Positions 25,821 to 39,806 of a stretch of 64,000 bases of DNA are shown piece by piece. Location: NCBI RefSeq assembly GCF_009834535.1, contig NC_045696.1, forward strand, positions 99,822,001 through 99,886,000, given 5' to 3'. A program made the translations under genes and the position numbers. How positions within the stretch are numbered: the stretch's first letter is position 1; each line of letters opens with the position of its first letter. Source of the DNA: Camelus ferus. Lineage: Eukaryota. Under the pieces are notes generated by a model. That model made no database searches and had not been told where the DNA came from. It saw only the letters and a list, made by a program, of their open reading frames with translations.

Positions 25821-28800
25821 TATATTCCCTGGGGATAAATTCCCCTCCAAACGTGATAGACTGCTCTAAAAGGGGGGAGAGAGGAAACTCCACAAGGAGC
25901 CTGAAGCAGCCTAGCTAGTATTCCTGAGGCTCAAAAGCATTTCAGCCTAACTCACATCTGTTCCCATGGTTGCCAAAAATATCTCTTTGTATATCACACA
26001 TGTATAAGTTACCACGGAAAATCCCAGGTAGAGTGGTGAATCATGGAATGTGAGATTTGTTGTATTTCATCCATCCTTCTGAGCCCCTGCTTTGCCTCAA
26101 GCTTTAGTATTAGCCACCTTTGGTCCTTTTCCTTGCAACATTCAGGTGGGTTCATTAAACCCAGAAAGAATCAACTGTATTTCTGGTTAAGGTAAATAAG
26201 TTTCAGCCAAAATAGTTAATGAGCTAGCCTTCTGCCTTTCACAGTTCGAGCCTTCCTCTCAGTGGAATGAAATTTCTGCCACTAGTTTTAAAAGCATTTC
26301 AGTCATCAGCAAACAAGTGAGGAGAAATCTGGGGACTGGATGGAAGAAGTGAATTGTCTTGGTTTCTAAAGAAATTTCCTGAAGCCCCCTTGTGTAAATC
26401 GGGTATATCACTAACGATTACACGTAGAACTATGAGGTGATTCCTATTTAGTCTTTTTAAGGTAGATTTATAATGGGGAAGTGTATACGTGGCCCATGAT
26501 CTGTCATTTCTAATCATCACTAGCTTGCCAAAGAAAGCTAAGTAGCGGGATTGTCTAGCCATTCTTCCTGGATCCACATTACTGAAGAGTTATTAAGGAT
26601 GGAGGAAGGTGTTTCTTGGTTTCTGTGGATTCAGAGGATCTGTGCTGCCTGAGGGCAGGTTCATCTGTCAGGATTCCTCTCTCCAGAAGCCGCCTTGAAT
26701 CCCTGCCCCTTCCCTCATATGTCCCTCACCCTAAGCCCTTTTTTCCTGCTTCTCACTTACTCTCAGATAAGAATTTGTTGTACTTTATGACACACACTTT
26801 TAGAAAATTGACTTTAACAGATGTATTTCATTCCAATTGTCTGAGCTCTCCTGAGGTGAATATAAAAGTAAATAAAACATGGCCACTGCCACGCCTATTT
26901 CTCACATAATTTCTGGTTTTGCTAATGTAGTGTCTGACAAAGTAGATTTTAATTTTAATTAATAGCTGTGGAATTTTCTTCTATTACTACAGCTAGACAA
27001 GTACCACATAATTCATCTTCTGTAAAAAAGGCCAAAATCCAGTAAATAGGCCATCAACTCAACTGTTAGTGTGCAGGTATTGAGAATAACAGTTAAGTGG
27101 AAAAAATCCTCTTTAAAGTTGTAGAATGTGAGTAAAGTTGTTTAATTCTTTTAGTTTTCTCATAATGTCATGATAATATATACCTCACATTGCTGTGGTA
27201 AACATTCAGTAAGTCAATGAATAAACCTTATCACAATACTTAGCAAAGAAAAAGTATTCGTTAATTGTTAGCTTTTTTTTTTATTTCTAAAACGACAAAT
27301 TTTAACTAAAGGTTCCAATCAGGCTAAGCTATTTGGCAATAAACGAATAGTAAATGCCTTTGATTTATTCAAAGGAGAAACTCTAGAAGTTCGGACTAAT
27401 TTTTTAAGCACATTTTAATTGAGGTTCATAAAAAGATCTGTCTATTTAAGATGACTCTCAGAGTACACACTAGAAGCTAAACTTTTTTAACGAAACATAA
27501 TTTTGTTTGTCACTATTCTAATTTGGAAAGAAATAAAGGAATAATACTGATCAGCAACACATGTGATAGTAATTATCAGGAACAGAGTGTAATTCCTTAA
27601 ATGTTCTTTTGAAAAGGTACACATTATATCTGAACTGTGTATGTTCATATCAAGGATGAATATATTTTCCAGCTATGATTCCAAAATACTGCACTGCACA
27701 TTCTAGAATAAGAAAATTCTGCTGAACATTTTCCAATAACCTTATGGGCAACGTGGAATGTTGTATCCTGAGAAAGTAGAAAACTTCTCATGAGAATGTT
27801 TGAAATGTCACTCCGGTTCAGTTTAGATCAGAGTGCAGGTGGCTCTACAAAGCGGTTGCTGGAGGCTCTGTGTTTATACAGTTGTTGCTTCCAGGATGGT
27901 ATTGATTGGTTAGGCAACTAATAAAACAAGCAGCCTTGCTTTCATCTCTGTGCATTTGGGGGCTTCTAAAAGATAGAGAAGTGGTTTTAATTAGGATGTG
28001 TTCCCTTCACTTATTTTACTTTTTAATTCTTTTTTCTTACTTGACCGTTCCAATCCACATCTTTCTCCCTGCTCATGAGTCCAAAGCCCCAGATGCCTTC
28101 GAAGGCAAACAATCCTGAGGAAGAGATTCTTCCTGGATCCTTCAGACAGAAGCCCTTAACATCAGAAAACTCAACAGGACTGACTGTCGCTATTTCATCA
28201 ATTTCTATTCAGAGTTACTTATTTTATTTATAATCTAAGTCTGTATTATTGCTCAAAGGTTCTTAGTTGGAAATAGAACTAAAGTTTATCATGGAATTTA
28301 TTTTAGAAATACCCCTAATATAAGATATTCTATAATTTATATGACAATCTGAATTCATGAAAGCATGCTGTACACTTAAATCATTGTACGTGTGTGTATA
28401 TATGTATCGATAGGTATGACAGAATTTTAAAATTTATATAAATTTGTATTTTTAGAATATTTTTCTCTATACTCCATGCACTCTCTTAATTTATATTTCC
28501 ACATCTTTTCTCACACTTTTGTGGTATTGCTTTCTATCTCTATTTTCTACGTCCTTTCAAATAATCCAAAAAGATATCTTTAGTTTTGTAATGAATGTCC
28601 AAGGTAAATCAAACCCAATATTCAAAATGCAATTCACAGACCATAAATAGAACTGTTTGTTAGAGAGCTATGCAGAAAGGGCTGTGGGAAAAAAGTGACT
28701 TGTTTTCCCAAGAAAACTTTAAAAAATAGGAAATAGGTGGCAAATATTAAAACCCAACCACATACATTAGCATGTAAAATGGAATTAACGTATTTTTAGA

Positions 28801-29123
28801 GACGAACATAAAATGTGAAAGTGTTAGTGTGATTCAAATAATGGTAAACAGCTAAGAAAATGAATTAACACATAATCACCTTAACTTTTGGCTCAAATAA
28901 GACAGTTCTTCTTCCATCTATAATTCATTTAAAGTGTTTCAAACATCTAAAAGACAAGAAAAATTCATTTTGATAGACTAGGTTTTGAAATATGAAATCT
29001 TAGTATTGAAAACATTTTCATACTGAAAACATTTTCTTATAACATGAATTAATTAGTTTGAATGAACGCTCTTGTAAAAGAAATGATCACACTTCTGAAG
29101 AAGGCAAGCAGTAGAGTTTACCA

Positions 29124-29307
29124 CAGCACTTCTGGCCGTCTGGTCTCCAGGCCAGCAGCAACGGCAGCCAAGGGAACTGGTTAGAAATGCAAATTCTCAG
29201 GCACTATTCCAGCCTACTGCATCAGAAACTCTGGGGGTGGGACCTAGCAATTTGTGTTTTAACAGCTCTCCAGGTGATTTTGGTACACTCCAGTTTGAGA
29301 AGCACTA
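29124..29307 (+). mobile_element. MER5A (hAT-Charlie MITE)
   Basis: ttagaaatgcaaattctcagg..atcagaaactctgggggtggg..tgtgttttaaca..tccaggtgatt..agtttgagaagcact. Confidence 0.9.
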
Positions 29308-29309
29308 GT

Positions 29310-29545
29310 AAACTGGTTAATACGGTTTACTTTGGAACTGATCGTTCTGATCTCAGATTTGCTACCAACTAGCTGAGTGACTTTTGTTAAATAGCTCTCA
29401 TATATTTTTCTTCTGTTTATCTTTTATAAAATGATGCAAAGGGAGTATCATCACATATTATTGTTGTGACAAATAAATGAATTAATATGTAGGGGGCACC
29501 TAGGCCATTTTCTGGATACAGAGACAACACTCAATGAAAGCTACC
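29310..29545 (+). mobile_element. MIR SINE
   Basis: ctaccaactagctgagtgac..tataaaatg..ttgttgtgacaaataaatga..cactcaatgaa. Confidence 0.65.
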
Positions 29546-30084
29546 AGTTGTTAGTCTATATATTTGAAGCCAAGTTCCATTGAAAGTAAATGACTTTTAG
29601 TCAAGATCATACAGGTAGGTCACTTAAAGAATAAACACCCCAGGTTTCTCTACTCATAGGCGCTGATTTTTTCACAGCTGGGAATTGTTAAAAGCCACCA
29701 CATTTTCTCTAAACGACCAAGCAGTAAAACCACATACACATACAGGATTTTTACAATATATATGTCTTGGTCTGAATCTTCATTTTTCATTTTTAATGAT
29801 ATGCATTGAAAAGGCTATCAGCAACCTTTCAACAAAACTATTAAGAAATAATAAGCATTTCACTCTTTTTAAGAAAGTGATAACCATAAATTACTGTTAT
29901 TTTATAATCAGAAAAAGGAATGTGTGCCAAAAATTATGGAAAGGTTAGTGGAAGGAAGATAGTAAGATCCACATCTACTATAATAGCAAATAAAAACCTG
30001 TATCTTCCAAGTTACATCAACAGAGAGTTAAGTGCCCCTAACAAAAGAAGTTATCCAATTTGGGGAAGAAAGCAGGGAAATAAT

Positions 30085-30470
30085 AAAAGTAAGTATACTT
30101 TAATATGATGCTAGCTACTTTAACAAATAAATGTAAAACGGTACAGTAGCAAACACAACAGGAAGTATATTTCCAGTCTTGTAATTACCCACTGCAGGAG
30201 TTCCTGGTCCTTGAGCAGATTTCATCCTTGGCAATGAAGGCTTCTTCTATCTTGTGATTCCACTATCACCAAAGGACTTGTTGTAATCCTCACTCTGTTG
30301 GAAAAAGTGGAAAAAGAATATGGAGTGGGCACATCCACTTCTTAGAAGGCTTATCCTAGAAATGGACGCCCTCCATCCTCTTATACTCCCTCCACCAGAA
30401 TGCAGTCATCCGGTCACACCTGACACAGGGAGATGGGGATACAGGTCAGCTGTGCACTCACCACAACCAG
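30085..30470 (-). mobile_element. MaLR LTR (MLT1J/K-like)
   Basis: gctagctactttaacaaat..cttctatcttgtgattccactatc..ccagaatgcagtcatccggtcacacctgac. Confidence 0.55.
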
Positions 30471-31023
30471 CCATACCTCATTTACTTCCCTGATGCCAAA
30501 CATACTGTCAGAAGGGTGATAGACAAATGATCAATTTAGACATTACAATTTGAATTTTGTGTTCCTTGTTGGTGGAGTAGATCAGAATATCATGCTTAAG
30601 ATACTTCATCCAGTAAAATGAGAAGAATATTATAAGGATTAAATGAGAATGCATGCTATTTTATTTTAGCCTAGTATCTGCATAGTAAGCGGCCAACAAA
30701 TTTTATGTATGTCTATCTCAAAAAGAAAAAAAAATAGACAAGAAAAAAGGAAATGGAAGTCAAAGAAATAGTGTCCAAGTTCAAGAACTTAAAGCAAAAA
30801 CAATTTTGGAGATTTTAATATTTATTTGAATTTTTAAATCTATTTAAGTATGAACTCTTATGTTTTTCTTAAGTTACTTTGTGTCATTAAAGCATATTGG
30901 CATTTTAACTAGAGAAAATTCCATTTAAACTTAATGTAGTTTCAATTTCTTTAGTTTAGAAGTTATATATGGATTCAGAGTCCATGAACCCATGACCAAT
31001 AGGCCTGTTTCCCAACGAGTGCT

Positions 31024-31490
31024 GTTTTTTTTATTTTTTATTGAAATGTAGTTGATCTACAATGTTAGTCTCAGGTGTACAGCAAAGTGATTCAATTATA
31101 CATATACATACATACATACATACTTTTTCTTTTCAGATTCTTTTTCATTACATGTTATTATAAGAAACTGAATATAGTTCCCTGTGCTATACAGTAGATC
31201 CTTGTTGTTTACCTATCTTTTATATAGTAATATGTGTCTTTTAATCCCCGATCCCTAGTTTATCCCTCTCTGCCAATTTCCCTTTGGTAACCATAGTTTG
31301 TTTTCTATGTCCATGAGTCTGTTTCAGGTTTGTAAATAGAATCTGTAACTTTTTTTTAGATTCCACATTTAAGTGATATCATATGGTATTTATCTTTGTC
31401 TGTCTGACTTACTTCACTCAATATGATAATCTCTAGGCCCATCCATGTTGCTGCAAATGGCATTATTTCACTCTTTTTTATGGTTGAGTA

Positions 31491-31535
<45 letters not shown>

Positions 31536-31908
31536 CTTTATTCAGTCATCTGTGCATGGACATTTAGGTTGTTTCCATGTCTTGGCTATTGTAAACATTG
31601 CTGCTATGAACATTGGGGTGCATGTGTCTTTTCAAATTATAGTTTTCTCCAGATATATGCCCAGGAGTGAGATTGCTAGATCATACGGTAACTCTATTTT
31701 TAGTTTTTTTAAAGAACCTCCATACTGTCATCCATAGTGGCTGCACCAATTTACATTCCCACCAACAGTGAGGCAGGTTTCTTTTTCCCTACACTCTCTC
31801 TAGGATTTATTATTGGTAGACTTTTTAATGATGGCAATTTTGAATGGTGTGAGATGATATCTCATTGTAGTTTTGATTTGCATTTCTCTAATAATTACTG
31901 ATATTGAG
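31024..31908 (-). mobile_element. 5'-truncated L1 (ORF2 end + 3'UTR), intermediate age, with TSD
   Basis: Antisense L1 (ttccatgtcttggctattgtaaac..tggctgcaccaatttacattcccaccaacagtg) with a T-tail at left. TSD caacgagtgct (31013-31023) versus caaagagtgct (31909-31919). Confidence 0.92.
31497..31534. repeat. (CA)19 microsatellite inside L1
   Basis: Perfect CA run. Confidence 0.97.
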
Positions 31909-32893
31909 CAAAGAGTGCTTGTTTCTTAATTTCCAAATGGGAATGAGCTTATTGCATAAATATACTGGGTCCAAATTACCTTCATGAGAAAGCTGTTCTT
32001 AAAAAGCTGTTATGACTTGTGCAATCCAGTAACCTACTGTCCTTAATTATGTATTTTTCTTCAAAAGAAAAATCTTCAGTTAAAGGGCACCTTTCCAAAT
32101 ACAGTATGAAACTTTAATTCTATATTAATTAGAAGAGAATGAACAGAGCATTCAGTCATCATACTGAGAATATGTCACTTGGACTGTGCTAGTCATTGAA
32201 CGTCTCAACCACAGGGTGTAGGTGAGGCCCTGTCCCAGCAGAACTCACAACCAGGTAACCTTCATTCTGACCCTCAGGGTCAGATGCCTTGACCTTTGTA
32301 CCAGAGATGTTGTTAAAGTTCAATACTGCTTTATTTAAAATTTTCTAGTGAAGCCAACACAACAGTGAACATTGTAATCACAAGTCAACGGGAAAAAAGT
32401 CCAAAAGAACATTCTGACCTAGCTAAAAGGTCTATAAAATAAATGAGAAGAAATTCAAAAATATTTTTTTTTAATTCTACTAGGAGAAACGCTTGTTTAA
32501 AGAAAGTGGAAGGTTTGTTTGTTTTCTCTATTCATCTTGAATTTCTGCCTGAAACATCAAGAAAACATTCTCAAGAGAAAATAGGAAAGCTGTAATATTT
32601 GAACCAAAATAACTAGTCCAGAATACATGACTTCCTTTGCAATTCTGATATCTCAGTACATTTCCACACAGAACTCACTCTGTAAAACATCCAAGAAATG
32701 AGACCATCGCAGAGTAAATGATGGGAAGATTTACAGAATGAACGACTGGTGAAGATCAACAGGGAGAATGCTCTCCTCCCTCTACATAAGCATCAGACTT
32801 GATACACAGCTTCAGTTCTCACTTCTCCACTGGGCTTGTGGACACTCAGTATCAACAAGAATATATCCAAAGTTATACTATCCCATGTGACCT

Positions 32894-33404
32894 TGTAATA
32901 GAGAAGAACAAGTCTGACTCCATATTAGATCTGTCCCTTTAGTTCTATCCCTGTGCTCTGCTTCCTGAGCTTAGTCATGCTGGTTAGTCATGCTGGAATG
33001 TTGCCTATAGCCTGAAATATATAGGACAGCCCATTCTTAACGCTCTGACCTTTAAGGGTAAAACACTTTACTATTCGTATAGAGATTAAAAGTTGAAGAA
33101 CAAAGAGTAACATTTGTCTTGTTGGAGGTTTATGGGAACATCGTGACCAGACCTAAGTGGACAGAGGAAAGAACAAAGAATTCCAACACCAAGAAATTTG
33201 CAACAACCAACCACACCTCCTCCCATTTTTAGTATAAAAGGGGCCTGAATTCTGACTTGGGTAAGATGGTTCTCTAGTACATTAGTCCGCCATCTTCTCT
33301 GTCTGCTGGCTTTCCGAATCTAGTCTTTATTCCTTGCCCCAACACCTTGTCTCTTGATTTATTGGCCTGTTGTGCAGCGAGCACAATGAGTTGACTCAGA
33401 AACA
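32894..33404 (+). mobile_element. Solo ERV1-class LTR (511 bp) with 4-bp TSD
   Basis: TG...CA termini and TSD acct (32890-32893, 33405-33408); TATA-like tataaaag at ~33233; U5-like tattggcctgttgtgcagcgagc. Confidence 0.85.
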
Positions 33405-35144
33405 ACCTCAAAGTGATCAAATAGAGCCTCTAAGGAGTTACCTACAGGGAAAAACCAGGAAGCCGCTCAAATTCTGATTATGAATTTTCTTCCCCCACCC
33501 CCCCAACACACACACACACGATCTTTCTATTTTTTGCTGACATATACTCATATATACCATTAAGTGGCCTTCATGATAACTAAACTCTTTCAGGGCATTA
33601 GGCCAGCATTTATCAAAATTATAATCATAAATGTAAAGGCAACTCAGATAGTAGTTGTTCAATTAGTGTTAGTTTTCACTTTTCTCAGAAATACTATAAA
33701 AGGATCTTAATCCCTGAGCTTTCAGTCTGTGATCCTAAGAAAAGAAACCCTTATTATAAAATCAGATTTCATGAGAAGTCCTGGGGAGAGATTCGGGGCA
33801 GCCCAGTTCTCCACAAGTCAGACCACATAAATTGTTACCCGCTTATGCACAAAGATTTCATCTTAAATCAGTGCTTTGTGAATTACTGTAGTGAAGGACT
33901 GGGGCTTCTTCTGTCCCAGTCCCCACCAGAGCAACACCTTTGTCAAATGCTAAATCATGCACTTGCCTGTGCTGGCACTCTCAGTTTCTGTATTTTCTCT
34001 TCATGAAAGAGAAAAAAAACAATTCAAGGACAGAGTACTCGTCCCCACATCATATGGGACTGACATCATTTTAAATCTATGTAGCTGTACCAGGTTCGAG
34101 GACATTTTATGAGGGGCTTAGCAGTGCCTGAACTTTTAACTATTCTTAATTGTTTTAATTGTCAGCAGAAAGTAAGTGCAGTGTCCGTGCTATTTTAAGT
34201 AACAGGGTTTGCAATTCTATAAAGTGGAGTACATGCGCAGACTGGGAACGGACTCATTTTAAAAAGTCTTAGATGTCAGTTCTAATCAGCAGTGACCCTC
34301 TTCTGGCTGTTTCCTGGCAGCTAACTCAATAGACTGCCAATTCAGGAGATTTTCTTGACCAGATACAGCTATAGCTTCCAGAGTTCACAAAATCAACAAC
34401 CATTTTCTAAAGGGCAAGTGGGTTGGAGATGGGAGATGTGTGTACATTTTGATTCAAAAAGCATTAAAATAGAAAAGTTTTAACCAATAAAAGAATAACT
34501 AGCCTTCTCTGAGCAGTACATATCCTGCACCAGGTTTGTTCTATACGTGTCCTCTACCTTTAACACAGCTTTTTAACTACTGTTCTTAGTTTACAGATAT
34601 AAAAACAGAAGACTACCAGCAAAGAAATTCTATTTCCAATCTAATTATATTTCCTTACACACACAAGCACACAGAGGAATACACAAATCTTTGTTCCTCG
34701 TTGCCACACCTAGGACAGAAGAAGACCTGCTCACCCTTTGTCCTTTCACTAGAAAGTAATGTTTAGCACAGTGACTATAATACACACATCGAGGACTGCT
34801 TTTTCACCTTTTGGCCAAAGTCAGAGTAAGGAGAAGGAGAGGAGAAAAGAATGCTAAGAAAATAAAGGGTAGTTTATACTGCCTAATGAGAATTCTTTAA
34901 TATTTAATAATAACAAATTCTAGACCTAGATTTCAGAGGGTCAACATCTACTTAAGCTTTTCTATCCATTATTCCTGATCTACAAATTCATGTCTCAATG
35001 TAAGGTTGGTAATGTTGGTTTTCTGAATAGCCCATTTACCTTGGGAAAATACAATGTGCCTGAATCTCTGTTTCTGAGTAGTTGCTGGAAAGCATTCAAT
35101 ATAAAACATTTGTTTTCTGTAGTTGTAGAATGGCCACCACCATT

Positions 35145-35182
35145 GCGAGAGCACCGAATCCTAACCATTAGACCACAGGGGA
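35145..35182 (-). pseudogene. Tailless retrocopy of the 5' half of tRNA-Glu(CTC)
   Basis: Minus strand TCCCCTGTGGTCTAATGGTTAGGATTCGGTGCTCTCGC matches 33/38 nt of the recalled mammalian tRNA-Glu-CTC 5' end and stops just after the anticodon. Flanked by ccaccaccatt (35134-35144) and ccactaccatt (35184-35194). Confidence 0.85.
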
Positions 35183-35349
35183 ACCACTACCATTATGGAA
35201 GGAGCATCTTTATTTTATTTTCACCTTTGCTAGCTTACATGAGTTTGGTTGAAGTGTATTCATGCTGTCCTGTTGACTGTATAAAGTCAATCCATTTGCA
35301 CACTAAACATATGAAAACAGACATTCAAATTTCTTTATAAAAATAAGAA

Positions 35350-35590
35350 TCTATAATACTAAACTGTTGAAATAAGAATACTTTCATAATAGATCAGTGG
35401 TTGCTTGGGGAAGGGACATGGGGAGTGATGTGAGGGAAGGATGCCAATGGGATACAAGAAAACTGTGGGTGATGGATATGTTTACTTTCTTGATTTTGCT
35501 GATTGTTTAATATATATGCATATCAAGTTATACACATTAAATATGTGCAATTTATTATATACCAATTATGACTCAACAAATCTATAGAAA
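35350..35590 (+). mobile_element. Old L1ME-type 3' end
   Basis: agatcagtggttgcttgggg..gggtgatggatatgtttactttcttgattttg..aaatatgtgcaatttattatataccaattatgactcaacaaa. Confidence 0.75.
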
Positions 35591-38500
35591 GAGAGAAAGG
35601 AAGAGGGAGGGAGAGAAGAAATCTTTTATACTTTCCTAAAGGGCAATCAGAGCTGAATTAGATTTGGAATGAAAACAGTAAAATGCCAGATTGCATGCTT
35701 ACTGTAGTTTGAAACTTAGAGATGGCCATTTACATGCTGCAGAAACAAGATGGGCTGAGAGTAGATGTAAGTTTTGTTTGCCCTTCCTTTAAATAAAGTG
35801 GAATAAAAATCCACATTAATGAGCCCTACATGTTATAATGAATTGGAGAGAAACTGATGATTTGTTCAAGTTCTGTTCACCAGGTTCATTAACTGAATGT
35901 AATATACAATGAAAAGAATCTTATCTACCATGATTAGAATTAAAATGTAAATGTTCAGTATATACATCTCACCCTCAACTCTAAGTTTCTAAAACATGCC
36001 TCATGGTATAGTTTAGCTACTTACATAATTATGCAAAATAATCCTTGTTGCGTATTACATGCGGCCTGTTATTATTTGGAAGCTATTACTTGCATAAATT
36101 ATAAAGTATAGAAAAAATAAACAGATAACTTCCGGTATTCTACAGGCTTTCCTGTAATTGGAATTGTTTCTTACTCAAATCTTAACTTCTTTCACATACT
36201 TTCATTCACCTCTTCTGCTAAATAGGACATCAACAAGCAGGAAGACAAGAGGTAAATAAAAAGAAAACTGAATTTTCACTGAAAAAAAAAACATGAGCGT
36301 TATCCAAAGAGCAAAGAATAAAACCCAAACATCCCTAAATGTCCTTGCTTCACTGAATTCCTAACAAGACACTACATCTGTTAAAATGTTTTTTCACTTT
36401 TATCAGCTCACTGGCATCTCTTAATCATCTCTGTTTAACTGCAAGAACAAGTGCCTAGTAAATGGGATTTGCAATCGGACATTTACATGGCCAAGCCAAA
36501 TCCTCTGACTATAGTGGCCTCTCCCCTCTATTCTATGTATGTTGTAAACATTTTTTGTCTCCTACTTTAGAGAAATACCAAGACAGAACTTTAAGTAAAG
36601 TATACATTGATATGAATCTAAATTGTTGCTAAATTTTGTTTAAAAAAACACATTAAATCCAAAGTCTGCTTATTTGAATTACTAACATCTTGCCCTGTTT
36701 TCTCTGCCAGCCAGGGATGTTAAGACAAATAAGAAATAGGACCTGTAACCATATATTCATATTGGTTGTTGAAGTAATACCTACTTCCATCTCACCTGGA
36801 AAATAACCACTGCCGTTGTTCCCTGAGTGTGTCCCCATAAGTCGCCCCAGCAGCCAGGGCTCTGGGACACCCTCTAATTTCCCTGGATCCAGCAACTAAA
36901 GGGTTAATGGCCAGCGCGGAGGAGCTCCAAGCCCTCACTGCAGCACTGGGCTGGCATCGTACCAGTTATTAGATATTTTTTACCAACACTGACCATGATG
37001 TCAATTTATTCTTAAAAACTCTTCTTGAAGTCCAGAGGATGTGAAGATTAATTCCAACCCTGGAGACACAGGAAGCCTACAGAAGGCAACTGAAATGTGC
37101 GTTGAGTCCGTAAGTGACCAATGGAAACCTTTCATGTCCTGTCTAGTCTTTTCTCCTTTGCTGTTTCTAGTGCCTCTGTATTAGGATATAAAAGTGTTAG
37201 CCTGCATGTTTTGTTTGTTTGTTTGTTTACAAGAATAGTGTGCTAAGTAAGAGAAAGGAGCTTCTGGTCAAAAGCAGAGGGCCTCTCCTGGAGACCCTGT
37301 ATGACTCTGGCCTCGAAGCCTTAAGCCAGCAACTTCAGTTGTGCAGAACCAGTTTATTTCCTGGCCCTGAGGTGTCTTCTGGATGGTTGACATGAGAGAG
37401 CCAGGAACTTCCTTGTAAGTAAGTGGATACTAACCGCCTTTGGAAAATATTTGCAAGTAAAATGACTACTAAAGCCAATTTTACAAAATATCAGCATTAT
37501 GAACTCAAAGTATATTTGATGTCTAGCTTTTCTATGCTACTGTACTTAACTACATTTAGAAATGTTAATGATACAACAAGATTTTATCCAGTATTTTCAT
37601 TAGACCCATATCTTTCCCAGTGAGATTTTGTTTCTGTTGCTGTTACGTTTCAAATACGACTAGAAATACAAAAATAATAAAGTAATAACTTCAGAGTAAA
37701 AGTAAGGAGACAAACAGTACCTAAAAGGTTCTATTGGGTAGAAAAGTCCAGTATGAAAAAATAAACCATATTTTTAGACAAAATTAAAAGGAGAAATCTT
37801 CGATGATAGTTGCTTAAAATGTCTGCAATTACATGGCATTCATAAGGGCCACCCCCTACTGTTTTCCATTCAAATGAAAGGGAAGCACGTGGGTAAATTA
37901 CCACCTGCAGTGCATGATCGGGGACATAGTAAGCAGCTGTCACTGTAGCCCTGTAATTATGCAAGGATCCTGCCACTATTACACAATTAGAGAGACCTAT
38001 CTTTCTTTCTTCCAGTAGGTAATGTTTTTTGGTGTTAGGAGCACTAAACTATCTCTCCTTGTTCAATCACTTGTATCTGCCTTGAACATAACCAGTATAA
38101 CATTATTGGGGATTTATTTTTCAATATTTCTTGGGCCCTCTGAGAAATTTCTATCATAATAAGAAAGCTTGTTATTCCAGTTAACTTTTATTAAGTAAAA
38201 AAAATTTTTTTTCATCTTTTCCTAACTTCTTCCCAGTGATCAGCTTTGTTGGAGCCTATCAAGGTGGGAGGTGGGAAAGATCAAGTATTTTGGAAAATCC
38301 TTCAGTATCATAGATAAATTAGAGAACAGAAATAAGAACTAAAGTACAGTGACTAAATATTTTTTCATCACTGTTATAACTGAAAAAATAGATTGTCAAA
38401 ATCTAGAGGTTAATAAACTTGTAAAAGCTGAAATATTTCAAGATCACTGAGGAATGCAAATTTCATTGAGACTTAGAATATCAAAAAATAAATTATGATT

Positions 38501-39389
38501 GATGACATTTTGTAAATGTTTTTGGATATCAGAAGGCACTTGACTAAGAAAGATAAATGTTTTCACTTGACTCAGAGTTAATCAGCAATATTTATACAGA
38601 ATGACTGAGCCATGAATGTATGGATCTCTTTTACAAGAGGAGCAGAGTTTTGTGGTGGGTTGATCATATAAAGCCAATCGGATAAGGCTGTAACACTTGC
38701 ATGTATATTAATTGCTGTCAATCTATTTCTACTTTAGAGCCTAAAATACATATCATAATTCCTAATCTCACTAAATATACACTAGAATTTAGGACAGTTT
38801 TAGCTTGTTGGAAACATCTTTATGACGAGTTTTGTTAAACACTTCACTTCCTGCCTTACAGAATGCACACTGCTTCCGTTCACTCAAATTCCCCTGTGCT
38901 CAGTGCAGCTAGCAAGTGGATAGTTAGGAAAATCTTTACTGCAGGTCTTTTTTTAATAAGGTATAATTGACATATTATATGAGTTTCAGGGGTACAACAT
39001 GATTCGCTGTATACACTAGCATTTTAAAGAAAGAATGACTAGAAGGTCACAGAGTAAACTAAGAAGAATCACTTTTAAATGCTGACAATCAGGTTATTGA
39101 AGATTTGAACTTAGCACATCATTAGAAAAGAATAAATTTCAAATTTCAGAACAAGTCTAACACCACATTCTAATAAAACTTGTATTAATCACTTAACACA
39201 GTCAATGATCAGGCTGTTTTTTAATATTCTTTTTCCTATCACCACTCCTTGAATTCATTAAGTCAAGACAGGGCCATGTTCACTGCAATGTGGCTTAGAT
39301 TTACAGTTCTGCATTCCCACCACTGCTGTGTAAACCTTAGCCCTCCAGTATCTCCTGCCTTTATTAGTACCATATCCTCTGAGTACTAT

Positions 39390-39790
39390 AAAGAAATTTT
39401 TGTTTTAAAAATAACAGAAAATCTGAACCAAAACAGGCTTGAGCCAAAAAGAGTCCTACTGCTTAAAAAACAAAAAAGTCCAGAAAAGGGTCTGGTATTA
39501 GGAGTCCCTCCCTCTCTACTTCTGGACTCTACAGTTGTGTTGGCTTCATTTTAAGCCTGGCAGTGTCTTTAAAGTGCTCATATTAGCTGCTACCAGTTCT
39601 CAGCTTCTAGCCTGCAGCTTCAAATCCATCAAAAAAGAGATGTGCCTCACTCTCTTTGGTTGAAATTGGGTCATTCTTCTCTAAAAAGCCAAGACACTGT
39701 TCTGATTGGCCAGGCCTGAATCACTCCCACCTCTAGGGTTGGAACGGAACAGAGCACATCAAAACCACGTGGGCTCGGAATGAAAAAGAG
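39390..39790 (-). mobile_element. MaLR LTR (old MLT1)
   Basis: aaataacagaaaatctgaaccaaaacaggcttgagc..ctgattggccaggcctgaatcac. Confidence 0.55.
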
Positions 39791-39806
39791 ATGATTCTTT
39801 CTAGAG

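Noticed and set aside
34288..34310. Partial CTCF-like motifs (also ~27835 and ~63455)
   Set aside because: Mismatches or spacing errors in the core.
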